From: Catajapyx aquilonaris
Lineage: Eukaryota
Length of the DNA stretch: 43,012 bases
Reading direction: 5' to 3'
Assembly: GCA_000934665.2 (NCBI GenBank)
Contig: JYFJ02003363.1
Span: forward strand, 1-43,012
This document shows positions 10,907-22,827 of the stretch, in pieces (within the stretch, counting starts at the first letter, position 1; the number at the start of each line of letters is the position of its first letter). The notes below the pieces were generated by a model, which saw nothing but the letters and a program-made list of their open reading frames with translations, made no database searches and was not told where the DNA came from. The position numbers were made by a program, and so were the translations under genes.

Positions 10907-13113
10907 AGTTCCCTGGCTAAAAAGCCCAGGAGAGTCTAATGCCCTCTGGCCGAGGCTTGTCTTCACCAGTGCAGCACACTCTGCGACCCACGCACACCAG
11001 ACAGGCATTAAATTCGGGCTTCAAGACAGCAGCCAGAGAATACTAGGGAGGAGGGAAAAGGGAGATGGGTTAAACAGCTCCAGTTGGATGAGACTGGGCC
11101 TTTTCTGCCCCGTTCAATTTTGCAGCCTGGCGGATCGTCTGCAGATGCCGAGGAAAAAGCGATCAATGCTGCAAGAAAAGGGAGGAAGAAGAAAAGGGAA
11201 CCCACCCACCTCACCAACCTGCTGGCATCAATCCTGCTCTCTGCACCACCCTTATATGAACATAATTATTTAATCAACCTCATTGTTGCCTACATACCGA
11301 GCCGGAATTATTTTTTGTCTAATTAAAAAAATATTTTTATGAACAATGAAGAGCTAACACAAATATAGGCCGATAGGCATTCATTGTGATGTACAGTTTA
11401 TCGAATGGTCAATATTCTTAGATATTATTGGCCCTGAGGTGAGTGACCAGAAATTCCAGGGCGATGTAGGTGCTGGAATCCGGATGGAAATGCGTGAATC
11501 CCACAATGCAAGAATTCCGCGATGCTTTTCACACGGTGAAACTGGAGCAAGTGAAACAATGCCAGGAATGCGAAAGATCCTAAAGTGAGGGACAATTTGG
11601 CGCCAGCGCTGTCGGCCTGAGTAAATTTTCCTTGCAACTTTCCAGGCCTGCGGAAAACAATTTTCACACAAAAGTGTAATAAAATACGAGGTATAAAATC
11701 TTGCCTCGGGCTGTCGACCTTTTCAACTTATTAGAAAAGTTAGTCGGACTGACATGGGAAGGTGCGGATGTCATTGTAAGTAATAGACGCATAGTGAAGT
11801 GAAACAAAATCCACTTGCCTATGCATTAATTTCACGTTTTGGTAGGCAGTTTATTAATTTTGTTATGCTTTTCTCTTCATTGTTATCCTTTCACATAGGT
11901 CCAACGAAGCTTTTGTTACTTCAATTAATGCGATGATCAAGTGCTATGCAATTTAATGGGCGTTTTAAAAATTACTCGCTGCTGCAAAAATATTCCGGAA
12001 ATTGGATGCAACACTCAAATACGGAATAATTAGTTGGACACCCAGGTGCTGACTTTGACATTGTCAGAATCGGTATTTTTTTCTCCACGCCATAAACATC
12101 AACACGTCTATTCTGTTCCAAAGTATAAAACAACTGTTGGTGGCAGCTCACGTCGTGCAACCAAGCAGCCATAATTTCCACGTCCAAAAAGCCTCATTTG
12201 CAAACGTATTCCGCCCCCCCCCCCGCCCCCCACCAAAAAAAGAGAGACGCAGAAGCCCGCATCCTAAAAACGAACCATGCCATCCAAACCAGAGTTTGCA
12301 CAATCCCTATCATTTTGCAACGGTGGCATCTCCCCCATCTTTTTAATCAGCAGAAAAAAGACATGCAGAAAACCCAGCGCAATTTATTAGCGGTTTCCAA
12401 AATTTCTGAACAGGGTGACCCATCATCCAACGTCCCCCTTGGGTTTAAAGCAAGCATCGATTAGGGTAGATTCATCACAAAAGCGGTGAAGCCACGTCTT
12501 GCAACAGCGCGATCCCGGCCATGGGGCTTTTGCGCCTTTGTGGCCTCACTTTGGGGGCCCCCATGTGATAAATGCAGCCCGTGGCCGCATGCAGATCATA
12601 ATTTTCTCCGGCTTTGTAAATCCGCCAGACGCGTATAAATGGCCGACTCCTTTCTCTCTTGCAGCACACCTCGGACTCCGGTGTTATATTCTCTTGCTGG
12701 TTGGCCCACTGTTCGATTGGAGCTTGAATTGGCTACCATTTTCGTCGATCGCGAATTCAAATGCACCGCAGGGCACCGAAATTCGCACCTACTCGGTATT
12801 CCGCGCTATTTAACGTTCGCGGTGGGTCGGTTGGAGGTATTTCTTTCAAGCTGATTGTTGGGGGCGACCAGTGATGTGCGTGACACGGACATGTCAATAA
12901 CCACATATGACAGCCTAGAAGACGGTGTAAAAATTACAGCATCTGTGTCAAAAGTTTTCATAATCTTTGTCTACTTAGCACACAATAATAATTTTTAGAA
13001 GGAACAGACATTGACGTAAAGAAGAGGCCATTCGAAACTTTTTTGTCGCCTGTTGAGCATCCGAACAGTTATCTTCCTTTTTTGTCATTTGTACGAGCGC
13101 ATCCAAACACTAG

Positions 13114-13299
13114 TATACGTTACAGTTCCCAAAATGTAGGTTGGTACAAAAGATGGCTAGTAGTAAAAGGCAAACTTTTGCAGTAAACGACTGACTTCGG
13201 CAGTAAATGGCTAACTTTTCTAGTAAAAGGCGACGTAGTGCGTAATATACCTTTTCCCTGCAAAAATGTAGGCCTACTGCCTTTTACTGCAAACGTATA
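13114..13299. mobile_element. MITE/foldback-like element with imperfect terminal inverted repeats and 20-bp internal repeats
   Basis: Left end TATACGTTACAGT (13114-13126); the right end 13286-13299 reverse-complements to TATACGTTTGCAGT. Tandem 20-bp units starting YAGTAAA at 13161, 13181, 13201 and 13221; inverted unit copy GCCTTTTACTG at 13279-13289. Confidence 0.5.
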
Positions 13300-13479
13300 T
13301 CTATACTATTGATTCAGTTGTTAAGCCGCACTGCTTCTAAGTAAATGTCTTGCGTGCGTCCAAAAATCCCACATTTTTTGCACATCAAAAGGCAGCGGTG
13401 CGTAATGATACTAATGAAACATACTCACCGTAGATTCCGGATTAAATTGCCACATGCCAATACACACGGAGAGTACCTG

Positions 13480-13517
13480 ATAATCCGGTCATTCCCATAA
13501 TGGGAGGACCGGATTAT
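13480..13517. repeat. 38-bp near-perfect palindrome
   Basis: ATAATCCGGTC (13480-13490) pairs perfectly with GACCGGATTAT (13507-13517); inner TCCCA-TAA-TGGGA. Confidence 0.85.
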
Positions 13518-14115
13518 TTCTTGAAATAACATGGCCGCTGAGTAGAGAGGATTAAATTGGCGCTAAAAGAATGCCTCTTTTTTAGTTTGAACTTTCTAGG
13601 AGTCAGGATCTAATCCCATGTGGCACAGATGCATCGCCGCATTTGAGCGATTCTCATGCGAACAAATCTACTGCTTCGTTACTGGCAACTGAGAGCAACT
13701 TGTGAACTAAATGATGCATGGTTTAGTTTCTGCGTTGTACAAACAGCTAATAAATGTCGAGATACGATCATTGCAATCATTTCAAAACGATCCTTCATAT
13801 TTATTGCAGCGTGCAGTGAAACTCCGTAACTTAACGAGTAATATGCCTGAGATCCCTAATCATGAAAACAAGAACTGTGGTACACTTAAATGTTTAGAAA
13901 ATACTGCTAAAAATAATGCGAGTGTTGTACAGGTGCAGTATTACAGGCTACCTATAATCCAATTAACTTGTACAGTGCTGATTTCATTGTTGTATCATTA
14001 TTGCTTTCATTATGTGCAATGTTATGAGAGGAAACAAACTTCTTGTAATGATGTCTAAAGAGTGCAGGGTGGTACACTGCCCACAGTTTCAGGGAGGGAA
14101 GTGGCGACTTTCCAG

Positions 14116-14280
14116 AAGTTAGGCGTTGTTTATACAGAACTAACAATTAGTTTCAAGAGAAGCAACATTCACTTGTGGTGGCAAAAAGACAACAATGTTA
14201 AGTGTTTGCAGCGGTACACGCAACTTCACTTCCTACCCTTATACCGTAGACTAAGGGACTTGAGCAGTGAACTAACCTCC
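14116..14280 (+). mobile_element. Possible decayed Gypsy integrase zinc-binding relic
   Basis: KLGVVYT...I...WWQKDNNVKCLQR...RDLSSEL versus GH.GV..T...I...YWWP.M.KDI..YVK.C..CQR...W.D.S.D, assuming small deletions. Confidence 0.3.
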
Positions 14281-16707
14281 AGTAATAATGTAGAGGTCAG
14301 TTAATTTTAGTTATTCGTACAACTTAACCAGCACACTGTTTCAAAAGCATACAGTGCCCCAGTGTTATAAGGGAGCTAGTGCTACTTTCAGCAGCGAACA
14401 TGCCTCAGAGATGGTATAATCAGGTCCGCCATTATAATTCATCAGAGTGAATAGGCCCTGTACAGATGCGACATGGCCTTGCAACAATGTTATGTAATGT
14501 GCACCGGGTCCCCCATACTAATTAGACGCTAAGTTGAGCCTTCATACCGATGTCACCAAGCATAATCTTTTATTATATTCACTGTCACCTTTTGATTACT
14601 CGAAGTTTTGGTTCTCTTAATTACTCTACCTAAATTCTGCCTATGCAGCCCATAATTACCGACCGTAATTTAAAATCGATTTCTCTTATCATTTTTCCCC
14701 GGATGAAATTGAATGGCTCAGTGGTTTGCCCTCGTGACCTTTCGCTCCATCAGTTTACGGAATTCCTGCACATCCAGTGGAATTTTCAGCTTGATTTCTG
14801 CGAGCATTCTAGACCGCTTCTGGGGACAAGCGCTACAAGAGCTCGGAAATCCCTTCGAATCGCTACAACAGCTCAGAACGCTTTCAGGGAAACCACCCCA
14901 TTAGGAGAAAATTTCAGCGACTAGTGACACGATAACGGGCGTTGCAACTAACGTCACTCATCTCTGGGTGCTGTTGCTAATGATGAAACTTTCTCTGCTG
15001 CGGCCGTGTCGTTTAGATTAAAACTCTCTCCCTTGCCTGAGAGATGAATGTCGTCAATTACACGCCCACGTAATTTGTAGTTTATTGGAAGGGGAGAAGT
15101 ACTAACGAAAACTAACAATAACAGATAGAGGCATTAATCAGTCCAGCAATATTTCCTTGTTACAAAATCGACAACAAAGTGGCATGATTTAAAGCACATC
15201 ACGAATGGACCAAGTCTCGCGATTATACACACACCATTGTTAGAAGAAATGCTTGTTTAAGACCTCCCGAATTAATTACCATTAATTATGGTAAATGACG
15301 TGCACAATAATTGGTGACGCACTATACACAACTAAAAGCAAACTGTTTCCTAGGCACCCCCCTCGTGCCTACCGCAATTCTCATCAGCGGCTGACAATGA
15401 CAGCTGTTTAAACTGACCCGTCACGTACCAAAAATTAAACCCATTTTCAAAGTCCAGAGAGGGGGGGGGGGCGTGAAATGATCAACAACTGTCACAACCC
15501 TGTGTCAAATTTTTTTCTGCATATTTTCTAAACGTCCCCTCCATTCTTGGACCCCCAGCTATTTCATTATGACATGACCCCCTTTCACCTGCCTGTTGAT
15601 TTACAAATTCATCAAGCTCATCACACCCTGGTTCAAAATGACTTTCATCGCGCCAAACTACACTAGGAATGCTACTAGAGCATCTGGATTAATTGAAGCG
15701 AAAAAATTGCTCCTAATTTGGGCCCAGCTTGAGCAGCGGGCATACTTTAAAACAGCTCTATTAATTCAAACCCCGCCGCCTCGTAAGTCACGAAGGTAGG
15801 CTGGAATTTTGTAATCAAAGCGCTGGGACGTCAGAGTTAGTCTGAGCCTGCATTAAGTGTAATTACCAAGAGAGGAGGTGGAGGGATGAAGAGTGCCAGA
15901 TGCAGCAAGGTTTTTGTTCAGCCAAGTTTTCCACAATAATAATTTTAAAAGCAGAGTATTGCATTACGGGGGTCTAGGTTTCCATCAACAGCAAAAGAAA
16001 AGAGGATGAAAAAAGAGAAAATAACCTTACACAAAGTCTAATACTAGAACAGTGTCGAGAGGCAGAGAAGATGGAGAGCTTGACGGCTGTCTTGGAGATA
16101 GTGTCAGTCGAAAACGACTCGGCGGGGGTGGATCTAAAAGGAAATAGAGAAATTCGTTTTCCCCCCTGCCTTGCCTGGGTTACAAAACAGACGAGCTGCA
16201 GACGCCAGGTTAAAAGCCACTTTTCTCCACCATCCAAGGCTCACGAGTTAGTTTTCAAAATGCAACTTGCCAGTTTCATGGATCCTGATTAATAGGACAC
16301 GTCTCTCACGCATTCAATTTGCGTTTGCCTCATTCCCATGTAACTCGACTAAAACGCAGCCCACCCTCCAAAATTTTGCTCCGGGTTTCATTTGCGGTCC
16401 TGCGAGCAGGATTTGCAAAATGAAGCAATTTCTAGTCAGTTAGATCAAGAAAGGAGAGTCGCCGTAACCGAGTTTAATAATCTATTTTTCAGCCCCGCTC
16501 TAATTTGCCATTTTGTCGCAGGACTTGCCCCGGGAAGTGGCCAGAAAAAAGGACCACACTAGTACGGCTTATCTACAATAATTCAGTGCACAGAGCATAC
16601 CTGATGAGTACGTAAAAAAACTATGGTTTGTTTGCAAAAATAATGATAATTTTGAAGTTACTTCCAACGAAAAAGTGACTAGAATTTTCATAAGCAATGT
16701 ATGGTTG

Positions 16708-16854
16708 GTCCATACTGTACATTTCAGACTGAATGGCTGAGTAGTACAGTGTACAATAGGCTGTCAGTCCTGGGATATCATTTAGCAAACCTGATGGCTT
16801 GGATAGAGCAAGCCCCCGATAATATTTATTTACACACTCACACGCTGCATTCAC
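16708..16854 (-). mobile_element. Possible decayed Gypsy integrase relic
   Basis: CECVNK...KPSGLLNDIP...SMD versus C..CQ..K....KP.GLL.PLP.P..PW..ISMD. Spacing is imperfect; CpG-poor patch. Confidence 0.2.
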
Positions 16855-17328
16855 TAGTCACACAGACAAATTGACAGTGATGAACTAGTCAGAGTGTGGA
16901 CAACACGACTTCGCTTTCAATTTGTTCTCGTGAAAAAAGACTTGTTTGCTTGTTATTTGTGTTGCAGTAGGTTGCATTCACAAGCAACACAATCCCCAGA
17001 ATTTACAGGAAACATCCAGAGTTAGGCTGAAACAGGGACTGTAACCACAAAAAAGTTTTGTTTCACTTTTCCCGAGCGAAGTGGGTAGGCCCCTACCACT
17101 CTCGAAAATTTCGTATCAACTTTCCGCCGAGGTTAACTTTCTACTCTCGCGTTTTTAGCCAAAAAGAAACGCACTTGTTTCAGCACCACAGGGCTATCGT
17201 AATAGGAGGCTAGATTGTACTCTCAGCACTGTCAAAAACTTGACAAGCTGATTTGATTGCATTCCATGCATATAGGATGAGTGTACTTATATTTCTAATT
17301 ACACACGGCATTGTGGAAGTTCTTTGAA

Positions 17329-17436
17329 TCATTAAATCTGGCAGAAAATCCGGTTTCCCATTGGAACACAGGACAAATTAGGTTCCCAGGCACAGTACTT
17401 TCCTTGCCACTTCCTATCCTGCTCGAACCAGACAAC
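17329..17436 (+). mobile_element. Possible decayed Gypsy reverse transcriptase C-terminal relic
   Basis: SLNLAEN...GQIRFPGTVLS...ILLEPD versus L.LN..KC.F....V.FLG.VIS..GI.PDP. Confidence 0.3.
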
Positions 17437-17556
17437 ACTACCAACTCGGTGAGTGGACTCGGGGAAAAGGGTCAATTGTTTACGAGTCGTAGTCGGGAAG
17501 GCAACATGGAGACGGACAAGCGAGGGGCCTCGGATCAATGGATTCCTCTCTCACAC

Positions 17557-17586
17557 TCTTCTTCTTCTCCTTCTTCTTCTTCTCCC
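17557..17586. repeat. (TTC)n-like pyrimidine microsatellite
   Basis: TCTTCTTCTTCTCCTTCTTCTTCTTCTCCC. Confidence 0.8.
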
Positions 17587-20500
17587 TTTTTTAATGTTCT
17601 TGCCTAAAAATCGATTCACCTGGCCTTTCGCATTCCTTCCTGTGGCTCTTAACCTCGCAATTACCCGCAGGTTTCCCCGGGCTTTGGCCGGATTGGCTGG
17701 GAGGCGGCGGCCACTTTTTCACCTGCCCACTTCTACCTTTCCAGACCCTCGATCACGATGAGGTGCGTTTGCCTCTCGTCATGGCGACCATCGCTCTGAA
17801 GCTCCACCTCCCCATCTCTCTCACTTTTTTTCCCCCCTTCTCAACAGTCCGACGCCCCGGAAAACACTGCCTTAACTCAATTTGCTCCGGGTTTACGAAT
17901 CGACTCCGCAGAATGGCATTCGGTCATTTTGCGAGTCCGTCTTCTTCGCTATGGAACAATCTAGTTTTACCGAGCTCATCGGAACAGTATAAACTGATTT
18001 ACACCATCAAAGGGATCCGATGCCACTGTGGACTCTAAAAAAATTCATGGCCAGCTTATGCTAATGCCTCTGACCGCTGACATTCGTTATTAAATGAATC
18101 GTCAGTCACTTCGGCTCAGTTCGGATTTAGCATTGCTTATGCATCAGCAAAACTGCGGCCTGATCGGAAATCTACCTTATATCAGCGAGCAATAAACACC
18201 TCCCAATCAACAATCAGTTCGGAAATTAGATACTGTTGGCAACCCACAGGAACCGGTTGTCAGGAAGTAACCACCTCAAAAAAGAGGATTCTATGCTGGG
18301 TATATCGACTAAACCCTGTGCATAAACTGTCCGTGGAAATTACCAACAAAACTCGTCATTTGGAAGCAGGCAAGGCCGCTCCTGGTATGGACAGCTTCTA
18401 TCCTCATTACGGCGATACAACGCGCTTTTAATGGGCCGATGGTCAAGCGCTGTCCTCGCCTGTTCAAGTCTTCATCATTCTTGTCCCCTAACACAATCTG
18501 ACGTTCTCTCCTGGGAAACTTTGTACAGAGGAGAGCTCCCATTTCTGCCCAAACGGGGGCGGACGAGTATATATGTGTGGGCAGTGCAAGCGTCATACCA
18601 ATTCACGTCATTGGCAAAAAAAAATATCAAAAAATCCGGAGACTGAGTGTGGGCATCAGGATCACTTTCCCCGTTTGGTTCAAGTGTAATCGAGCTCATT
18701 ACGACGACAGCAAAGGTTGCAATTGGACTGGGGGACTCAAAAACGGATCAGTGAATTGCCCCCATGATTTAAACCCGAGCACATTAACAAAATGGAGCAT
18801 CAGTCGGCAGCAATAACCCGGCTCCACCTTCCGTGATTGAAGGCTCTGACCCATTAGCGGCATAACTAAAAGCGCTGGCCCAATGATTGCATTTATTACG
18901 GACCATTATTAGTCATAACTGCCAGGTCCAATCTGAACGCGCGCGGACAAGACAACACGAAAATAGTGAGGGACAGGTCCGGGTTTAAATGTGACGTAAC
19001 AATGAGCTCTCCCCATCCTCCCCTCCGAGACGAGAGTGGCTCCACACCACAGCATAGCAGCTCCAGCAGATCAATACGAGCAGCCTCTCGTCTGAGTAGC
19101 AAGAATCAACACCATACAAACACAATGCTAGCTTACAGTGGGGGAGGGTAGGGTCTCTTCCTTCTCAAAGACTTCCTTTCCATAGGGAAGTCGTTGCCTT
19201 ATCTATAGCACCACCCTCCATGTCCTCCCCTCCTTCTTGCACCAGGACTACATTATTGTAATTAATCCCAGTAAATTGCATGTAAAGACGTCCTTCCGAA
19301 GGCGGGAGGAGTTGCGACCGGATTATCCAGGCGCCCGTGATTAGAGATTCCTAGGGAAGTCATTCCTATCCGAAAGGAGCAGAGTAAACAGAAATAGGCG
19401 AAGTGCGACGGAATATATCAGGTAGTATATAAAGTTACTGGCTCCCAGCAAGTTGTGTGAACAGTCCAAAAATCATTCGACAGCGGAAACTAATTATTTA
19501 CAGGCTCGCTCGAAAAGGCGTCAAGTTATTTCAAACGAGTTCCAGTGTACAAGCACCTTCAATTTTGGCCTTTATCAGGGCCTTCCCTTTCGTTCTTATT
19601 TTGCATTCCGCGAGTATTTTTGCAAGGGAGCAAAATCGATATCGCACCAGGAAAATGTTCAACTGCTTGATTCCAAATGCTTAATGTACACGAAATCAGG
19701 CAACCGTGCTCATAGGCCGTGAAAGCCGTACTATTCGGGCCCATCCTACCATGTTATGCAACCAAACTTGAGTCTGCCTAGGATCATGACAGTTTTTTTT
19801 AAAGGTTCTTTGGAAATTGTGCCAAGTTTCAAGAAGGGGGAAAAAATCCTCGTTCCACTGATCTAATCCGCATCATGTCTCTGGAGTGAAAACAGCATCG
19901 CGACACCAAACTGCAATTTAATGGCGCTAGTGATCACGGGCCTGTAACCGCTATAAAAACCGATCCCCATGTGTCATCCATCAGGCTTTGACCTGACCCC
20001 CACTTGTGAAGATAGAGAGCCGCACACTTTATCCTACGTGGTGTACTCCACCCCTCGCCCAAATCAGGGCTGACAACAAATAATTATGGATTACCCACAC
20101 CCCCATCCTGTCAAATGCATCCTGTTGTGAACTTCTATTAACATGTGTGCGTTTCGGAGATATTAACCCAAATAGTAATGCAAATCCGATATTTTTTTTT
20201 GCTCGAACTAGACGTGCAAAATGGGCGAGGGGTTTTAACTGCGGTGAAGCCGTGGCATAATTGTTATGAGACTGTCATGTTTGCAATTGAAATGTAAAGC
20301 GATATACGCGGAGATGACTAACTTTGACGCAAGCGCAAAAGACGCGATCAATTTGCAGTAACCTGAGAGAAACGAGTGCATTCACAGTCAATTTATGTTG
20401 ACGTGCGTTTCGATATTACATTGCAGGGATTGAAATGATTTGCAGTGTTTTATTATACGATGGCCTGAATCATAATGGAAAATGATCGGTGGGGGAAAAC

Positions 20501-21714
20501 TGGCTTTGTTATTTCCGCCCAGCCACGTCGTAATGACGTGCAGTCATGTGCCGTTACCAATCAATCATGCAGTAGTCAAACATGATTTGTATGTTCCAAC
20601 ACCCTGCAATTCCTCAGCCTCCTCTCCCCCCCGAAGTAAGGTTTATTAATCGGCGATAAACTTTCCGTCCGTTTCATAATCCCATAAATTAGGCGCGTGG
20701 AGATTACAAAGCCCGACGAGGAGTGCAACATGTGCCATAAATTTGTTACAGCCGCGGCTGTATACTTATAATGGCAGCCGATATTAAAATAGTAAAACCC
20801 TCGAACCTGCCCAGGGAGGGTTCCGGGTTCTGCGTGCTATTGCATAAATTCCTCATTTTGCCAGTCCCCAAACCGGGCCAATCGCAGGCGCGTGACAAAA
20901 ATATGCAGCGACATCCTACCCTGAATGGCTTCCTCTAATTTCATTGTCCGCCGCACTAATCTGCAGGATTTTCCGATTGTTCCAGTCCCCTCTAAAACTC
21001 CTCAACTTTTTGGAAAGTGGGGGAAAAACTACGTGTCTCCAAATCCTCCACTTTCGAATCACCGCCCCCTGCACTTTTAATAAATCGACATACGCTTCAG
21101 GGATTTTACTCCACCAGTTATCTGCAAGCTCGGTTGTACCTTCCATATCCGGAGGCTTTAACATTAATATTAAACAAAAAAATGTGGTAATTGGCGAGGC
21201 GTGCGATCAGGAAACTTCCACCTCATACTAACATACAATGTAAGGTAGGTTGCAGGGTGAAGAGGCCTGCCTGTTGGCGTCTGCCATGCGAGCATTAGAT
21301 GCACCAACGCACACATCCTCTGGTGTAGCAGCTCGTGAGAGCAAACTCTGGGTGAGGAGAAGGGTGAGAGAGAGAGAACCCTCATCTCTTTACAGGAGAG
21401 ACAGGATGTTACTTTGTCGAGACAAGAGCCGAACCTTGCCATGTTCAGACGTCTGACAACAATGGGTTGCATCGCTCTTAAGTCCTAGTAATTAACCTCT
21501 GTTGTTGGCCTAGTTGCACGGATGGCTGGAAATCGGACAGGGCGACATAATAATGGCGAACTCCAAAATATTAAAAGGGTAATTAAATTGCGTTTTTTGA
21601 CCTGCGGTTGGCTTTTAAATTATTAGCTCATTTGTAAACGCGCGGTGGGATGTTAAAATTAACCAATTTCCATACATACATGCATACATTGGCAACAGTA
21701 GTTACCTAGTTTCA

Positions 21715-22054
21715 TCACTGTCTACCCCTTTCATATAGGGAAACGTCGTGATGGATTACTTGTTCGCTGGTTTTGTTGTGTCCCAATAGCTCCTGATTGG
21801 TAGTAAGAACTTTGTATCCATTGGCAACTTCCTGCAATTCTCTCAGTTGCAGCCTAAGTTGGGCTTTTCCCCATAATCTTCCTGATTGGAGAATTCCCCT
21901 AATAGCACCCGAGTAATTACTCTCCAACACAACAAGTGCGAAGGGCCCCCTCCATTTATGAAAAGCCCTGTACAGATGTGGGCTATAACTCATGGAGTCA
22001 GAATCCGGGCTTCACTGTAGACTCCGGATGGGCTCCACTGTCTCCCACCTGAAG
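21715..22054 (-). mobile_element. Decayed Gypsy integrase C-terminal GPY/F domain relic
   Basis: LQVGD (22054-22040), frameshift, then HKWRGPF and QVIHHDVSLY, versus F.VGD.V....K....W.GPF.V.....VVH.DRLK.Y. Confidence 0.45.
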
Positions 22055-22571
22055 AGTGAATCACACCTAAGGCCCCCCTCACTTGGTGGCCTACTGCGTC
22101 GTAAACCCTCAGACCCTGGAATGAATATAATCCCTCAGCCATATCCCTCAGTCGTATCCCCGCGTTTAAAAGTCCATATCGGGGGAAAGGGGGGTCCGCA
22201 CTTTCCTCGTTTCTCCTTCAGGATGACTGACGTGAAGGTCCCTAGTCGCCCTAATTCCACCTCGGGAAACCAAGAGAAATGAATCAGCTCCAGGGAACGC
22301 CAGGTAATTAACTCGAGAAGGTCTACCCCAAGACGGAAAACCGAGCACCTGAGACTTTAAAACAAGAAATGTTCTAAGGGACTTGTTCCGGTCCTTTTTA
22401 AGAAAGAAAGAAAAAAGTTGGGCGTAAACAGGTGCGAATCAAAGTTAGGACGTCGCCAGCAGGAGTGCAGCTGTGTGCTGGAACCCGAGTATAAATCACT
22501 ATCTAGAAAGTCTCCGGAGAGTTGCCTCGCCTCCGGAATTATTGATTGCACTTGCAAAACCCTGCAATTGC

Positions 22572-22827
22572 GGGGGGTTTCCCCCCTTCAAAGATAAAAA
22601 AAATGCCTAGGTAGCCAAATGTTACCTGCCAGGCATGAGCTTTAATGTTATGAACACAGTTCGATCCATACCCATGTTATTTATCAGAGAGTTCTCTCAT
22701 AGCAATTCGTGGTGGGCGTCTGCATTAATCCTAAAGGCAAGCAAAAGCGACAGGTGCGGCATGAAATGAGAAAGTATCGAGTTTTTGGGTTTTCCCTGAG
22801 AGGGTTTTGTATCGTATGGGTTTTCCC
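22572..22827. promoter_or_regulatory. Cluster of NF-kB/Rel/Dorsal-like sites
   Basis: GGGGTTTCCC (22574-22583), GGGTTTTCCC (22787-22796 and 22818-22827), with E-box CAGGTG at 22751. Motif match only. Confidence 0.25.

Noticed and set aside
10748..11273. ORFs with SL and RE dipeptide runs
   Set aside because: Artefacts of the (CT)n microsatellite.
15341..15405. Hammerhead-ribozyme-like pieces on the minus strand (GTC, CTGATGA, TAGGCAC/GTGCCTA hairpin, GAAAC with a 6-bp stem III)
   Set aside because: Stem I cannot form and 9 unpaired nt separate CTGATGA from stem II, so the core geometry is wrong. No CTRR end supports a Helitron 3' hairpin either.
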